Positions 25,765 to 39,044 of a stretch of DNA of 64,000 nt are shown piece after piece. Position numbers and translations under genes: made by a program. The DNA comes from Octopus vulgaris (Eukaryota). Under the pieces are notes generated by a model. The model did no database searches. It was not told the origin of the DNA and was given only the letters and a program-made list of their open reading frames with translations. The stretch is from positions 30,938,001-31,002,000 of the forward strand of contig OX597817.1 in the NCBI GenBank assembly GCA_951406725.2, in the 5' to 3' direction. The stretch's first letter is position 1; each line of letters begins with the position of its first letter.

Positions 25765-26448
25765 ATCAAGTTCCAGAGCTCTAAGAAAACCAGCCAAGAC
25801 ACCATCAGTTGCAGCTACAAACGAACTACCTTAATATTATTGCTGGCAACACTTAGGGTCAGATTGGGGACACACTGTCAGACAGTTAATATGTGAATAT
25901 AGGATTGGAAGAAATTGAAGTAAGTTTCACTTAGATAAAAAAAAAAGGAAGAAATTTAATAAGCGGTCTTCATTTGCAAGACAAAGCATTGCAAATACTT
26001 GAAATTTTACATGACACTACACTTCAGAGCATTAAATCTAAAGGTTGCCTAACATCAATATTTCATCGAACTCAATACTTCACAGAATCTGTTTGCAACA
26101 ATATGAAAAATATTAACATTGTATATGTTCAGAAAAGATGCATCTGCATTATGAGCTAAGAACTAAGATATTTCAAATTTCTAATTAGGAAATACAAATT
26201 GATAACAGCCTAAACTTCTGGCATGAATGGTTCGGTGAATTAAGTCTAATAGAGCAAGTTACACATAATCTCATTACTCGTGTTCTAGATGAAATTTATT
26301 TGGGAAATAAAAACAATCAATTTCTAAGAAAATATAATCTAGTTTCTCTCAATCAGGAGCATTTGAATATCTGTATATACATACATTTATTCACACACAC
26401 ACACAAATTTACATATATATACATATTATCTAATTACATATATAATAA

Positions 26449-26560
<112 letters not shown>

Positions 26561-26863
26561 CTATATATACATATTTATGTATATACACATACACACTTAT
26601 ATATATACATACATACATATGCATATCTATATATATATGTATGTAGATGCGTATGGGTATGTATGTGTGTATATGTATGTATGTATGCATGTATTTACGT
26701 TTATACTACCCATAGAAATAAGTAAATTGATAAATACATAAAACAATTTGCTGTAAAAGTTGAAATAAATGAAGTAAAACAACGGAAATTAATGACTTTA
26801 TTTTCAATTATCATTCCAAAATTGAAAAATGGGCCTATTTAAATATTTTTTCAGTTTTGTTTC

Positions 26864-26896
<33 letters not shown>

Positions 26897-27170
26897 GTAG
26901 TAGTAGTAGTGTTGCCTGTTATTGTTGTGTATTTTCCTTAATTTGTCAAGGTCGCCTCAAAGCAAATTTGACTAATTCATGCATCGTTTTGAATAAGAAC
27001 AAAAGCGAAAGAGAAACAAATAAAAATAAATAAAAAACAAAAAGCAAAAATATTGTAATCTTGTTTATGTTTGTTTCTACATTGATTTTTTTTTCTTTAC
27101 TTTTTAAAATTCTGTTTTGAATATTTTTTTTTTTTTTTTTTTTTTTTGCATTGTTTCTTCTTTATTGCAG

Positions 27171-27179
27171 TTCAGAGAG
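27171..27179 (+). CDS. Candidate 9-nt microexon (phase 1-1, xQR)
   Basis: Long T tract + TTTATTGCAG | TTCAGAGAG | GTATGA; frame-compatible with the 33969 exon. Confidence 0.4.
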
Positions 27180-27475
27180 GTATGAACATAGTCGTTGTCT
27201 GGGAAAATGTCAATAAATTTACTAATCAGCTTCAGCATACCAACAAAATGTTTCAATTATCCAGATCCTTAGTCAGAGGAAAAGAAATCTTTGCAAAACA
27301 TTTCCATATTAATAATTCCAGTTTTCCAATTCACAAATTTGGAATTAAATGTTGAATTCTGTGAATTGGAGATTTAAATATTGTTGTTAATTTTCTCCTT
27401 CTTCTATCCGTATGTTTATGTGCGTGTGTGTATTACTCTGTCTTTTCTCTTTTCTCTCTTACTATATCGTATTTT

Positions 27476-27563
<88 letters not shown>

Positions 27564-27655
27564 TGTATGTATGTATGTATGCATGCATGCATGCATGTGT
27601 CTGTGTGTATATATATACATATATATATATATACATATACACACTCATATATACA

Positions 27656-27707
<52 letters not shown>

Positions 27708-27711
<4 letters not shown>

Positions 27712-28045
27712 AGGCGCATGGTTCAGTGGTTGGAGCATAGAGCTTACGATCGTGAGGTTGTCAGTTCGAATCCCGGACCGGATAGCGTGTTGTGTTCTTG
27801 AGCAAGACACTTTAATTCACGTTGCTCCAGTTCACTCAGCTGTAGAAATTAGTTGCGACGTCACTGGTGCCAAGCTGTATCGGCCCCTTCGCCTTTCCCA
27901 TGGATAACACTGGTGGCGTGGAGATGAGAGGCCGGTATGCATGGACGACTGCTGGTCTTCCATAAACAACTTTGCCCTGATTTATGCCTGAGAGAGTGAC
28001 TTTTTAGGTGCAATCCCATGGTCAGTCATGACCGAATGGGGTCTC
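27708..28045 (+). mobile_element. tRNA-derived SINE related to family A head, with a different 3' tail
   Basis: GGCGCATGGTTCAGTGGTTGG...GTTCGAATCCC, central TCTTGAGCAAGACACTT, distinct tail. Confidence 0.75.
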
Positions 28046-28049
28046 GTAC

Positions 28050-28337
<288 letters not shown>

Positions 28338-28624
28338 TATATACATATATACATACATATAGGGTTGGCCAAAAGTCACCTGACAGTAAATCAAAACCAT
28401 TTAATACCAAGATTGAAGCAGAAAATTATTTTATATGAGACTTCGCTAAGAAATAGGCAAATGTTGAACGAAAAACGCTGATTTTAACTCACAGCATTCA
28501 ATTATTGAACATTCATAATTGGAATGAATAAATAAAATTGAATATTAAGTATTTATGGAAATTTTAATTTACTGTCGGGTGAATTTTGGCCAGCTCTGTA
28601 TATACATGCACACATATTTGTATG

Positions 28625-29205
28625 TGTGCGCACGCGGCCTCCCACCTCATAGATATCCGTCGGATGTGCTGGTACAGACATATCTGTTTCTTTACTACCC
28701 ACAAGGGGCTACACACAGGGGACAAACAAGGACAGACAAACTGATTAACTCTATTACATCGACGCCAGTGCGTAACTGGTACTTAATTTATCGACCCCGA
28801 AAGGATGAAAGGCAAAGTCGACCTCGGCGGAATTTGAACTCAGAACGTAACGGCAGACGAAATACGGCTACGCATTTCGCCCGGCGTGCTAACGTTTCTG
28901 CCAGCTCGCCGCCTTACATACATGGTACAGACATATCGTTCGTCTCCTCAATTATCCTACAAGGGCTTTGTTCTCCATCGACGTAGCAGCTGCGAACTGA
29001 AAGAGGCTTCGTGGAAGGTCCCGTACAAGATGGATGGATGTAATTGGAGAAAATCTCCGGAGGCTTAGCATCACCTTGGAGGATGCAGAAGGGGTGGCAA
29101 GGAACCACCAGCCATTGTGAGCACTCTGTGGACCTGGTCAGCTCTACGCTCGAAGGCGTCTCTGAGACCCCCAGCCTTGGATGAACCCAGCCTCACCAAG
29201 TAAGA
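28625..29205 (+). mobile_element. RTE LINE 3' end interrupted by SINE C
   Basis: RRMCWYRHIVR...(W*)KRLRGRSRTRWMDVI matches the RTE C-terminal motif. Confidence 0.7.
28685..28916 (-). mobile_element. SINE family C, full length
   Basis: TSD TGGTACAGACATATC at 28670-28684 and 28923-28937. Confidence 0.9.
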
Positions 29206-29444
29206 GAATGAAGCGGAACGAGCGAGGCGATGTGTGTGCATGCGTGTGTATGTGTATTGACATGTGTATTAAATTATATGTTTATTGTTTAAGAAAAATC
29301 TGAAAGACAGACAGACCGACAAACAGGCAAGCAAACAAGCAGATACACTGGGGGACAGACAGACTGACTTGCAGTCAAACTGACAGCAATCAAACAGACA
29401 GACTAGCACACAGATAGAGAGAGACAGACTATCAGAGAAACAAA

Positions 29445-29448
29445 TATG

Positions 29449-29507
<59 letters not shown>

Positions 29508-29548
29508 GCAGGCACGCAGGCAGACAGACAGACAGCTAGGTAGGTAGG

Positions 29549-29621
<73 letters not shown>

Positions 29622-29625
29622 TGAC
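29445..29625. repeat. (GATA)n microsatellite blocks
   Basis: Direct reading. Confidence 0.95.
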
Positions 29626-30131
29626 AGACAGGCGGACGGACTGGCAGACAGATAGATAGAGAATGGCAAAGAGATTAGGGAACTAACAGAGATAATGTAT
29701 AAAAACAACATGTATACACAAGTAATTGAGAGAGAGAAAGACAAATATAGAAGAATAAAGATTATTAGAAATAAGAGAATGTAGGGAATGATCTTAAAGA
29801 GTACGAACCAAGGAATAGTAATTGTATCAGCGAAAGAAAATAACAAGTGAGAAAGAGATAGTAATGATGTGTGTGTGTGTGTGTGTGTAAGAGAAAGAGA
29901 AAGCGGGAGTGAAAGAAAAGAGAATGAGCGAAAACAAAAGAATGTTGTCGAGAAAATATTTAAAAAGTGAGGTGGAAGAAGCAAAGAGCTTATTACATAA
30001 ATTAGTTTATCCTAAATTTACTTTCTGCAACAAGAGAATTAAATATATTAAATATATTAGCAAACATATTTCTTATAAATTTTCAAGCATAAATACTCAA
30101 ACAATGTAATTTTACTCACGTAGTTAATTGA

Positions 30132-30505
30132 CAATGGCCCAGTGGTTAGGGCAGCGGACTCGCGGTCGTAGGATCGCGGTTTCGATTCCCAGACCGGGCG
30201 TTGTGAGTGTTTATTGAGCGAAAACACCAAAAGCTCCGCGTGGCTCCAGCAGGGGTGTTGGTGAACCCTGCTGTACTCTTTCACCACAACTTTCTCTCAC
30301 TCTTACTTCCTGTTTCTGTTGTACCTGTATTTCAAAGGGCCGGCCTTGTCACTCTCTGTGTCACGCTGAATATCCCCGAGAACTACGGTAAGGGTACACG
30401 TGTCTGTGGAGTGCTCAGCCACTTACACGTTAATTTCACGAGCAGGCTGTTCCGTTGATCGGATCAACCGGAACCCTCGTCGTCGTAACCGACGGAGTGC
30501 TTCCC
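30132..30505 (+). mobile_element. SINE family A, slightly 5' truncated
   Basis: TSD TAATTGACAA at 30125-30134 and 30506-30515, with CAA microhomology at the 5' junction. Confidence 0.92.
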
Positions 30506-30689
30506 TAATTGACAAAAATGATAGAAAAGTAACAAAGACTGATACTTTTCTGGGTTCAAATTCCTCAAATTCTGATTTTCTCGTTCAAATTACACCATTA
30601 GATTACTGAGATTAAATTTTGTTTCAATTTACAAAATAATCTTTTACAAAGAGAAAATACAGAATTTGAAATTAATGTTTTATAAATAA

Positions 30690-31089
30690 CTAGCAGTATC
30701 GCCCGGCGTTGCTCGGGTTTGTAAGGGAAATAACTATATAAGTATTTTTAGAGAGTTATAGCCAAAAAATAGCAAAAAAAATGCATTAAAAATGGAAAAA
30801 AAAATATGGTAAATTTTTTTTTAAATCGTTGACTCATCGTAGACATTTTTAGAGAGTTACTTTCCTTATATAATATCGAAAAAAATGCATTAAAATGGAA
30901 AAAAATGAGGGTAAATTATTTTTAAAATCGTAGACTCATTTTAGACGCGCACTAATACCCAGAAGGGCTCGATATGAATCACGACTATAAGATACCCAGT
31001 TTTGGTTAAACTGCACCGCAAAATGTGGGAGTAGTTAGGAATCTAAATCGTAGGAGACAGACACACAACTGGACTTTTATATATAAAGA
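30690..31089 (-). mobile_element. Non-autonomous Helitron
   Basis: Minus strand reads A|TCTTTATATATAAAAG ... hairpin CCCGAGCAACGCCGGG ... CTAG|T; no TSD; internal ~105-bp duplication. Confidence 0.85.
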
Positions 31090-31684
31090 TATTACTTGGT
31101 CGTGCGTTTAAAAAGTTCTTTTTTTCATAATAGTTTTTCAAGTTTGATCCTACAACTCAGCGCAGTGAGCAGGTATCTTCTCCTGTGGATTGATCAATAT
31201 GAGTGGAATCTGGTAAATGGGAAATGTACCGAAGCCCAGTGTTGATATATATAAAAACACTTTGTGACATAGATGAACATTGCTCAAAAGATTCCAGATA
31301 TGTACATGTGATCATTTGGATGCTGAAGAGCTAAGTAGTGAGGTAACCATGTGTTCTAAAGGAAGACTTTTGCTTATTAATTAAAATTAATAATCTTAGT
31401 TTGGGTCATATGATTGCACCACGACAACAACTAGCATTTAATCAGCTACCGACCCTGCTACTTAGCTTGAACTGACTAACAGGAATGAACGCATCATCTA
31501 AAGGTCAACCTCATTTGATACTCGTGGTTGCACTACAGCTTTGCACTACAGCATTTGATTGATCAGACTGAAATTTTAATTAATGCAGGTCATAAACTGC
31601 TAATACTAATATTTAATTTCTATGATATGCGTTCAGTGGCCTTTTGTTTTACATTTATCGGTATATGTGTGTGTTCTTGCGTGT

Positions 31685-32648
31685 TTGTGTTTGTATGTGT
31701 GTGCGTATCTTTTCCTGGCGTTTAACAGCGAAGATTGTAGATATCCGCAAGAAAACTGAGCCGAGTCTCTCATTATTTTTGTCCAGTATTAAATTAAAGT
31801 CAATACATTGTCCTTGTCACTTTAGCTGTTAGAAATATATATGAAGAGGACCAATGATTGATCCTTTGTAATCCTACAACCAATGACACTATTGTTCATC
31901 ATTTGCAAAATGGAAATCTAACATTAATATTTGAATCACTTCCTCTATTCAAATAACTGAGTGACTAGCTTTCTTAAATAACAACTGTGTCAAAACTCTA
32001 AACAAATTTGATAGGTTTCGTTCAGTATAGGCCCAGGCCATGTCTAACTGAATAGCACCACCTGGTGAAGTCTTTTAGTCATATATGGGGCACCATAGTC
32101 CACTCTTGCAAAGAGTTATTATTGTTGGAGACATATCCGGTTGTAGGAGGTTGGTCCGGGATTTTTTGAAGAAATTTGTCCAGTAAACATTCGAATTTTA
32201 TGGGATCCATTTCCGTTTTGACGTATTTTGGTATGGAATTAAAGAGAGCTGGACCGGTTGAGGTAAAGTAATTGTGACGTAATGTTGTTATGTGTACGGA
32301 GTTCGATTTTTGTAGTGGGCCAAGTCTTGGATGGGTTTTAAAATTGATGCTAACATCATTTGTGCAATATTAATGGAATATTTTCCACATAACACAAATG
32401 ATGTAGCACTCCCGGCGGCGTTGGAGAAAGTAGAGATTGAGTTTTTTTAGTCGACCCCAGTAATCAATGCCTCTCATACCGTCTATCTTTCTTGTTATGG
32501 ACTTCTGGAGTGCTTCTACTTTCATAATGAGTTGCTTCGTATGTGGGGACCTCAGTGGGCAACAGTACTCAAGATGGGGTCGGGCAAAAGTAGAGTAGAG
32601 AAGAATGATGGTGTAGGCATCTATAGACCGGAAAGTTCTCAGAATCTA
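31685..32648 (-). mobile_element. CR1-type LINE 3' end (ORF2 C-terminus plus ~400-nt 3' UTR, CA-rich tail)
   Basis: LLYSTFARPHLEYCCPL...LKKLNLYFLQRRRE...LDKFLQKIPDQP...MVPHI*; one internal stop. Confidence 0.88.
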
Positions 32649-32908
32649 ACATCAATTAGCTCTTGCCTAAAGGTGGCGTACAATAAAGTGTGAGCACTCT
32701 CATACTTTCCCACTCAGTCCCTCGCTCATATTATTTCTTTCTTTTATCTTACACTTAACATAAATGGTTAAATTATCTGTCTATAACTGAAGAATAAATA
32801 TCCAGAAAATGCAACCTTTTATTCGTAATTATTTTTCCATCACATTTCAACTCTGCGCTATAGGTTTACCTAATTAGGGATGAATTTTGCTTAAATGACA
32901 ACATGAAA

Positions 32909-33071
32909 TTAATAGTTATCGCCATACTAATATGGCAGTCTATAAATATAAGACTAAAACTTTAGTCTTATATTTATAGACTGCCATATTAGTATGGCGA
33001 TAATATTAATATCCAGTAACGCTGCCGTAATCTCCTTTAGAGAGACTTAGTAATTTTAATATTTCTATTAT
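32909..33071. repeat. Insert with perfect 43-bp-arm palindrome, flanked by a 13-bp direct repeat
   Basis: Arms 32916-32958 and 32961-33003; TGACAACATGAAA at 32896-32908 and 33072-33084. Confidence 0.85.
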
Positions 33072-33287
33072 TGACAACATGAAACTTTTACAAATATATT
33101 TAGGCTGCACCATTGTAGAATATGATTTGTATTAGTAATAGTCTTATGTATCTATCAATCTTGATTATTTCAAACTCCTAGAAAAAATAGTTGCTAAAGC
33201 GAATATCTATATTTCGTCAAATAATTGTTCTCCTGCAGAAATATTCCTTATCCGCTGTCCCTTGTATGTTTTGACAGTAGCATATAT

Positions 33288-33519
33288 ATTTCTTTACTAC
33301 CCACAGGGGGCTAAACACAGAGGGGACAAACAAGGACAGACACACGGATTAAGTCGATTACATCGACGCCAGTGCGTAACTGTTACTTAATTTATCGACC
33401 CCGAAAGGATGAAAGGCAAAGTCGACCTCGGCGGAATTTGAACTCAGAACGTAACGGCAGACGAAATACGGCTACGCATTTCGCCCGGCGTGGTAACGTT
33501 TCTGCCAGCTCGCCGCCTT
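33288..33519 (-). mobile_element. SINE family C, full length
   Basis: Near-identical to 28685-28916. Confidence 0.9.
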
Positions 33520-33968
33520 ACATACTTGAGACCCTACAGACGTATCTAGATTTTACTGAAAGTCGGAGGCCATCATTCACTAAACTGTCAATCATTGTCT
33601 GATTCTTTTCTTCAGTTGCTATCAGAGCATCTATAAATTTTCATCTATAAAATTAAAATTTCTGAAACGTGTGTATAGGCTGACCTTCACAAAGCGAAAA
33701 GATCCATCATTCTACCATTCAAGTTAATTGAGAATAACAATGAAGACAAGATATAACTCTGCCTCACGTCGACGTTAATATCAAAGCCATTGTTATAATA
33801 CTGATTTAGATGCAGTTCATGTAATTTATATTAATGGACTTTAAAATGGTGATATTGTAATCAGAAATCACGGAAACTAATTATATTTCAAAATGAGTTA
33901 GTAAATGTTGTCAAGTACCTCTTCTAGAAAACAACAAAGTTAATAAAAATTGATTTCTAAAATTTCAG

Positions 33969-34079
33969 ATCCTGTTACAGCAGGAAAATCTACTTTTCAT
34001 TGCTTGATTAGCATTTTGATTGTGTCTATTACTTTTTGCTATTATATTATATCCAGAATTACATTATTCAATATGTTCT
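33969..34079 (+). CDS. Candidate 111-nt exon encoding a hydrophobic C-terminus (GPI signal or TM-like)
   Basis: AATTTCAG | ... | GTAAGT; only the phase-1 frame is open: (D)PVTAGKSTFHCLISILIVSITFCYYIISRITLFNMF. Confidence 0.4.
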
Positions 34080-34605
34080 GTAAGTAGGTAACATAAAATC
34101 AAAGACCAAAAATTCAACCACTTCATTACTTTCAATTCTGAAAAAAATAGCAAGAAAACTTAAATCACACTGTCTAATTGCAATCAACAGCATTCAACTG
34201 TTACTTCTTCACTTATGAGCAAAACACTCAGCAGCCCCTTAGGAAATAGGACAAAACAGCACAAGACAGGGAATTTCCACCTTCCCAATCTCTTCTACCA
34301 GAAGACCAATTGTCTTGAGACATCTACATTTACTCAGATGCTATTCAATAGCATTATCTTAAAATGATTAATCTTACCCTCTGACTCAATGTAAAAAGCA
34401 AAGATGTTATAAAACTAGCAACAATATCAAAACTCCTGTCCCTCTCAGGGACAGTACTTCAATACAAACGCCCAAATGCATAAGCACAAAATCGTAGAAC
34501 TTAGACAATATCCAACATAACCATAACAGCAACTGCATGGCATTCAACACCAGTGTAAACTCTCAGTATGGAAAGACAGCATCGTTTGTAATAAACCAGT
34601 GCATA

Positions 34606-35436
34606 TGGTGCCCCATATATGACTAAAAGACTTCACTAGGTGATGTTATTGAGTTAGACACCGCCTGGGCCTATACTGAACGAAACCCATCAAATTTATT
34701 CAGAGTTTTGATACAGTTGTTATTTAAGATCATGACTGTTTGAGAAAGCTAGTCACTCAGTTATTTGAATAGAAGGAGTAATTCAAATACTAATGTTAGA
34801 TTTCCATTGGATGGAAGCACTCCGTCGGTTACGACGACGAGTGTTCCGGTTGATCCGAATCAACGTAACAGCCTGCTCGTGAAATTAACGTGTAAGTGGC
34901 TGAGCACTCCACAGACACGTGTACCATTAACGTAGTTCTCGGGGATATTCAGCGTGACACAAGAGAGTGACAAGGCCGGCCCTTTGAAATACAGGTACAA
35001 CAGAAACAGGAAGTAAGAGTGAGAGAAAGTTGTGGTGAAAGAGTACAGCAGGGATCACCACCATCCCCTGCCGGAGCCTCGTGGAGCTTTAGGTGTTTTC
35101 GCTCAATAAACACTCACAACGCCCGGTCTGGGAATCGAAACCGCGATCCTACGACCGCGAGTCCGCTGCCCTAACCACTGGGCCATTGCGCCTCCACAGA
35201 TTTCCATTATGCAAAGGGTGAACAATAGTGTCATTGGTTGTAGGATTGCAAAGGATCAATCATTGGTCCTCTTCATATACATTTCTAACAGCTAAAGTGA
35301 CAAGGACAATGTATTGACTTTGATTTAATACTGGACAAAAATAATGAGACTCGGCTCAGTTCTCTTGCGGATATCTACCATCTTCGCTGTTAAACGCCAG
35401 GAAAATATACGCACCCACATACAAACATACACATCC
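34606..35436 (+). mobile_element. 5'-truncated copy of the same CR1 3' UTR, interrupted by SINE A
   Basis: Reverse complement of 31687-32097; flanked by TTTGTAATAAACCAGTGCATA at 34585-34605 and 35437-35457. Confidence 0.88.
34809..35197 (-). mobile_element. SINE family A, full length
   Basis: TSD AGATTTCCATT at 34798-34808 and 35198-35208. Confidence 0.92.
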
Positions 35437-36088
35437 TTTGTAATAAACCAGTGCATACTGGAGAAAATAATATAGTCCTCTACGAAACATAATCATGATC
35501 TATCCGAATTATTGCATCTGTGTAATGCATTTTAGTATTTAACCAACTAATATCTACGTATGATATATTTGCTAGATCAGATTTGAGGTACACTAATTAA
35601 AAACCTCATGCAAGACGGTTTTTAAAGAAAGCTTCTCTATTTTTTCAGTGAGTATTGTATTAGAGATAGTTTATGCTGTGGTTAATTAGCTGCAGGGTAT
35701 CCTTGGTTCATTTAATTGAATATTTTATCACTGGTTGCTTGTATTAACACAACATTGCTCATCTGACTAGTTAAGCTACAGGGCTCAAGATAGAGAAATC
35801 CGGAGTATAAATTCAGCTGCACAGACTTTAATCAAGCAATTAACACTAATTAACATTTAATTCTACCAGCAGAAATTTTCCTAGATTTTAAATTAGCCAA
35901 CAATTGTTGAACAGAATATGTAATGGGCTATTCAATGATTTATTGAATAATTGGATGATATAATAGAATATAATATTTCATATATCTATATTTGTGTGTG
36001 TGTGTGTATGTGTGTGCGTGTGGTGTGCACATGTGCATATCTGTCTGTCTGTATGTATGGACATATATATTTGTGTGTGTTGTGTAAT

Positions 36089-36129
<41 letters not shown>

Positions 36130-36267
36130 TTTGTGTAGTCGGTGTGACTGTTTTAATACAATCAAAAATACCAAAAACAAGAATTACTCAATATTAAAGA
36201 AGAGCCTAAATGTTTTATTATTTGGCAGAAGCATGAGGACTGTGATTTCAAAATTTCATTTATAATG

Positions 36268-36655
36268 GTTTTCCAACCACATGGTTCCGGGTTCAGTCCC
36301 ACTGCGTGTCACCTTGGGAGAGTTTCTTCTACAATAGCCTCGGACTGACCGAAGCCTCCTGAGTGGGTTTGGTAGACGGAAACTGAAAGAAGACCGTCGT
36401 ATGTATGTATGTGTGTGTGTACGTGCGCATACGCATGTCTTTGCATCTGTGGTTGTCCCCTAAAACTTCTTGATAAACGGCGCTGGCGTGTTTACATCTC
36501 AGTAACTTAACAGTTCGGTAAAAAAAGAGACCAATAAAATAAGCCTAGACTTAACAAAGGGTAAGAACTGGGGTCGATTCATTCGACTAGAAATTCTTCA
36601 AGATGGCGCCTCAGCATGGCCGCATTCTAATGATTGAAACAAGTGAAAGGTAAAA
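36268..36655 (+). mobile_element. SINE family B
   Basis: Matches 8955-9340. Confidence 0.8.
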
Positions 36656-36700
<45 letters not shown>

Positions 36701-36981
36701 TGTAGCCGTTGGTTATGGCAGGTCATAAAGTTCACATTAGTTTCACGCCTATTATTGCTCCCAATAATATTATTGGCGATTTATAAGACCTACTCGCCGG
36801 GAATAGACAAGACAAGAGTAGTAGACACATGAGACAGAAAGCCGTTGAAGAGGTCACAGAATATGTGACGACAAAACTTTGACAAACTAAAAATAATAAT
36901 AACAAAGTTAAAGTGAATGTCAAATAGATAGTGCCTGTGTTTAATTGGCAAAAGATGACCCTCTCCAACCCAAGTATAACA
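36701..36981. mobile_element. Possible solo LTR
   Basis: TGTAGC...TAACA termini, ~280 bp, imperfect 4-bp flanks ATTC/ATAC. Confidence 0.35.
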
Positions 36982-37039
36982 ATACGATACTGCAATATGA
37001 TGACATTCTGTACTTTCGTTCTGTATGTCTTTATTTTTT

Positions 37040-37385
37040 ATCTTTTATTTATTACGAGTGGTCATGCTGTACACTAAAACCTATAGCCGAACAAGCCGAC
37101 CCACTTTTTTTAACGTCTGATACTTTTTCTGTCGGTCCTGTAGGCGAACTGCTAAGTTAAGGGGACGTAAACAAACCAACACGGTTGTCAAGAGACAGTC
37201 AGGGCCAAACACAAAGAAAAGCACACTCACACACATATATGTATATACGACAGGGTTCTTTCAGTTTCCATCTGCCAAATTCACTCACAAGGCTTTGGTA
37301 GGCCCGAAGCTATAGTAGAAAATATTTTCCTAAGGTGCTACTGTGGAACCCAACCCAGAATCATAACCTTCTAACTACACCATCA
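37040..37385 (-). mobile_element. SINE family B, diverged
   Basis: Reverse-complement match to family B. Confidence 0.7.
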
Positions 37386-37415
37386 CGCACCCATTATATG
37401 ACAATTATATATACA

Positions 37416-37454
<39 letters not shown>

Positions 37455-37618
37455 TTGTGTGTGTTTGTGTTTGTGTGTGTGTGTGTTAAGTGTGTGTGTT
37501 AAGTAATCTATTTTCCTACATCACTTATATATGAATGGTGTAAGAAGGATTTCTGTTACTAAAATATAGTGTAGTTTCAAATGAAATACATGCACATACA
37601 CACACACACGCGCACACA

Positions 37619-37650
<32 letters not shown>

Positions 37651-38044
37651 CATGTGTGTGTGCACGTGTGTGTGTGTGTGTGTGTGCATGTGTGTGTGCA
37701 CGTGTGTGTGCGTGTGTGTTAGTCGTTTCAGATTAAGGACTTAAATTCAGTTTGTAAGTGAGGATATGTGACGGGAGCTTCCATTGGTCAGTTCAGGTCG
37801 CTTGAATTAGTTGATGCAGTAGCGACATCAGATTATCTTATACATGCTAGAATGTGATGAAGGACTCAGTTTAGTTACCTCAGGTGTGTAGGGTTTGGGA
37901 GCTCAGTGGTATTAGAGATGTCAGCTTCTAATGGAGAAGGGACGAGTTCTACATGTGTTGAGGTAGTCTGTCAGATGGTACGGGTAATAATTCAGTTTGC
38001 GTACCATGCACAGCTATCTGATGCCCTCTTGGTAAAGAGAGCAT

Positions 38045-38846
38045 CAGAACCTAGTTCCCACAAAAGCTGTTCGCCGGGAGCTGCAAAAAGCCGGATTTCA
38101 CGGGAGGGCTGCAATCAGAAAACCACTACTTTCAAAAACAAACGTTGCAAAGTGTTTAGTAAAAACCTACAGAATTGGTCCCTAGAGCAGTGGAAGCATG
38201 TTACTTTATCGGACCAGTCAACCTTTACCTTATTTCCGACCACCAGCCGAGTGTACGTCTGGAGACAGCCAAAAGAGGCATTTGACCCAGTCTGCCTTCT
38301 TCCAACTATTAAACATGGAAGAGGATCTATGATGATCTGGGTGGGGGGCTATATCTTGGAAATCCGTTGGCTCAATGGTTTCCCTTCATTGTAGAATTAA
38401 TAGTCAAGACTATTTAAGCATTTTATCTGATCAAATTCATCCTATGTTTGAGGAACTTTTTCCGGAGGGAAACGTACTCTTTCAGGATGATAATGCACCA
38501 ATTCACACGGCTAAAGGTGTTACTGAATAGCGCGAGGAACATTCTAGTTAAGCTGAACATCTTATCGGGCTACCACAGTCCCCAGATCTCAATATTATTG
38601 AACAGTTATGGTGCATTTTAGAAAAACAAGTAAGGAGTCGATATCCTCCACCATCATCACTACAAGAACTGAAGACTGTTTTAGCTGAAGAATGGACAAA
38701 AATTCCTTTGGAAACAATTCAAACTTTGTACGAGTCCATACCTCATAGAATTCAAGCTGTAATTACTGCCAAAAGCGGTCATACCCCATATTAAAATAAA
38801 TTTGTTTGAAATTTTAAGGTGTTTCCATTACTTTGTCCAACCCCTG
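38045..38846 (+). mobile_element. Tc1 (DD34E-type) transposon 3' portion, pseudogenised
   Basis: WKHVTLSDQSTF, VYVWR, KHGRGSMMIW, FQDDNAPIHTAK, QSPDLNIIEQLW, stop at 38794, right TIR ending ...CCAACCCCTG. Confidence 0.9.
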
Positions 38847-39006
38847 TTTATATATATATATATATTTAGCAACGAATTGCCTTACCGCAAACCCTTAATT
38901 GCTTAGTATTACTTAAATTTTCCTCGAATGAGGCTTTTACATGCCGAAGACTACTTGGTGTAATTGATAATTATTCCAAATTAATTAATTTCACCCTTCA
39001 TTGTTA

Positions 39007-39044
<38 letters not shown>

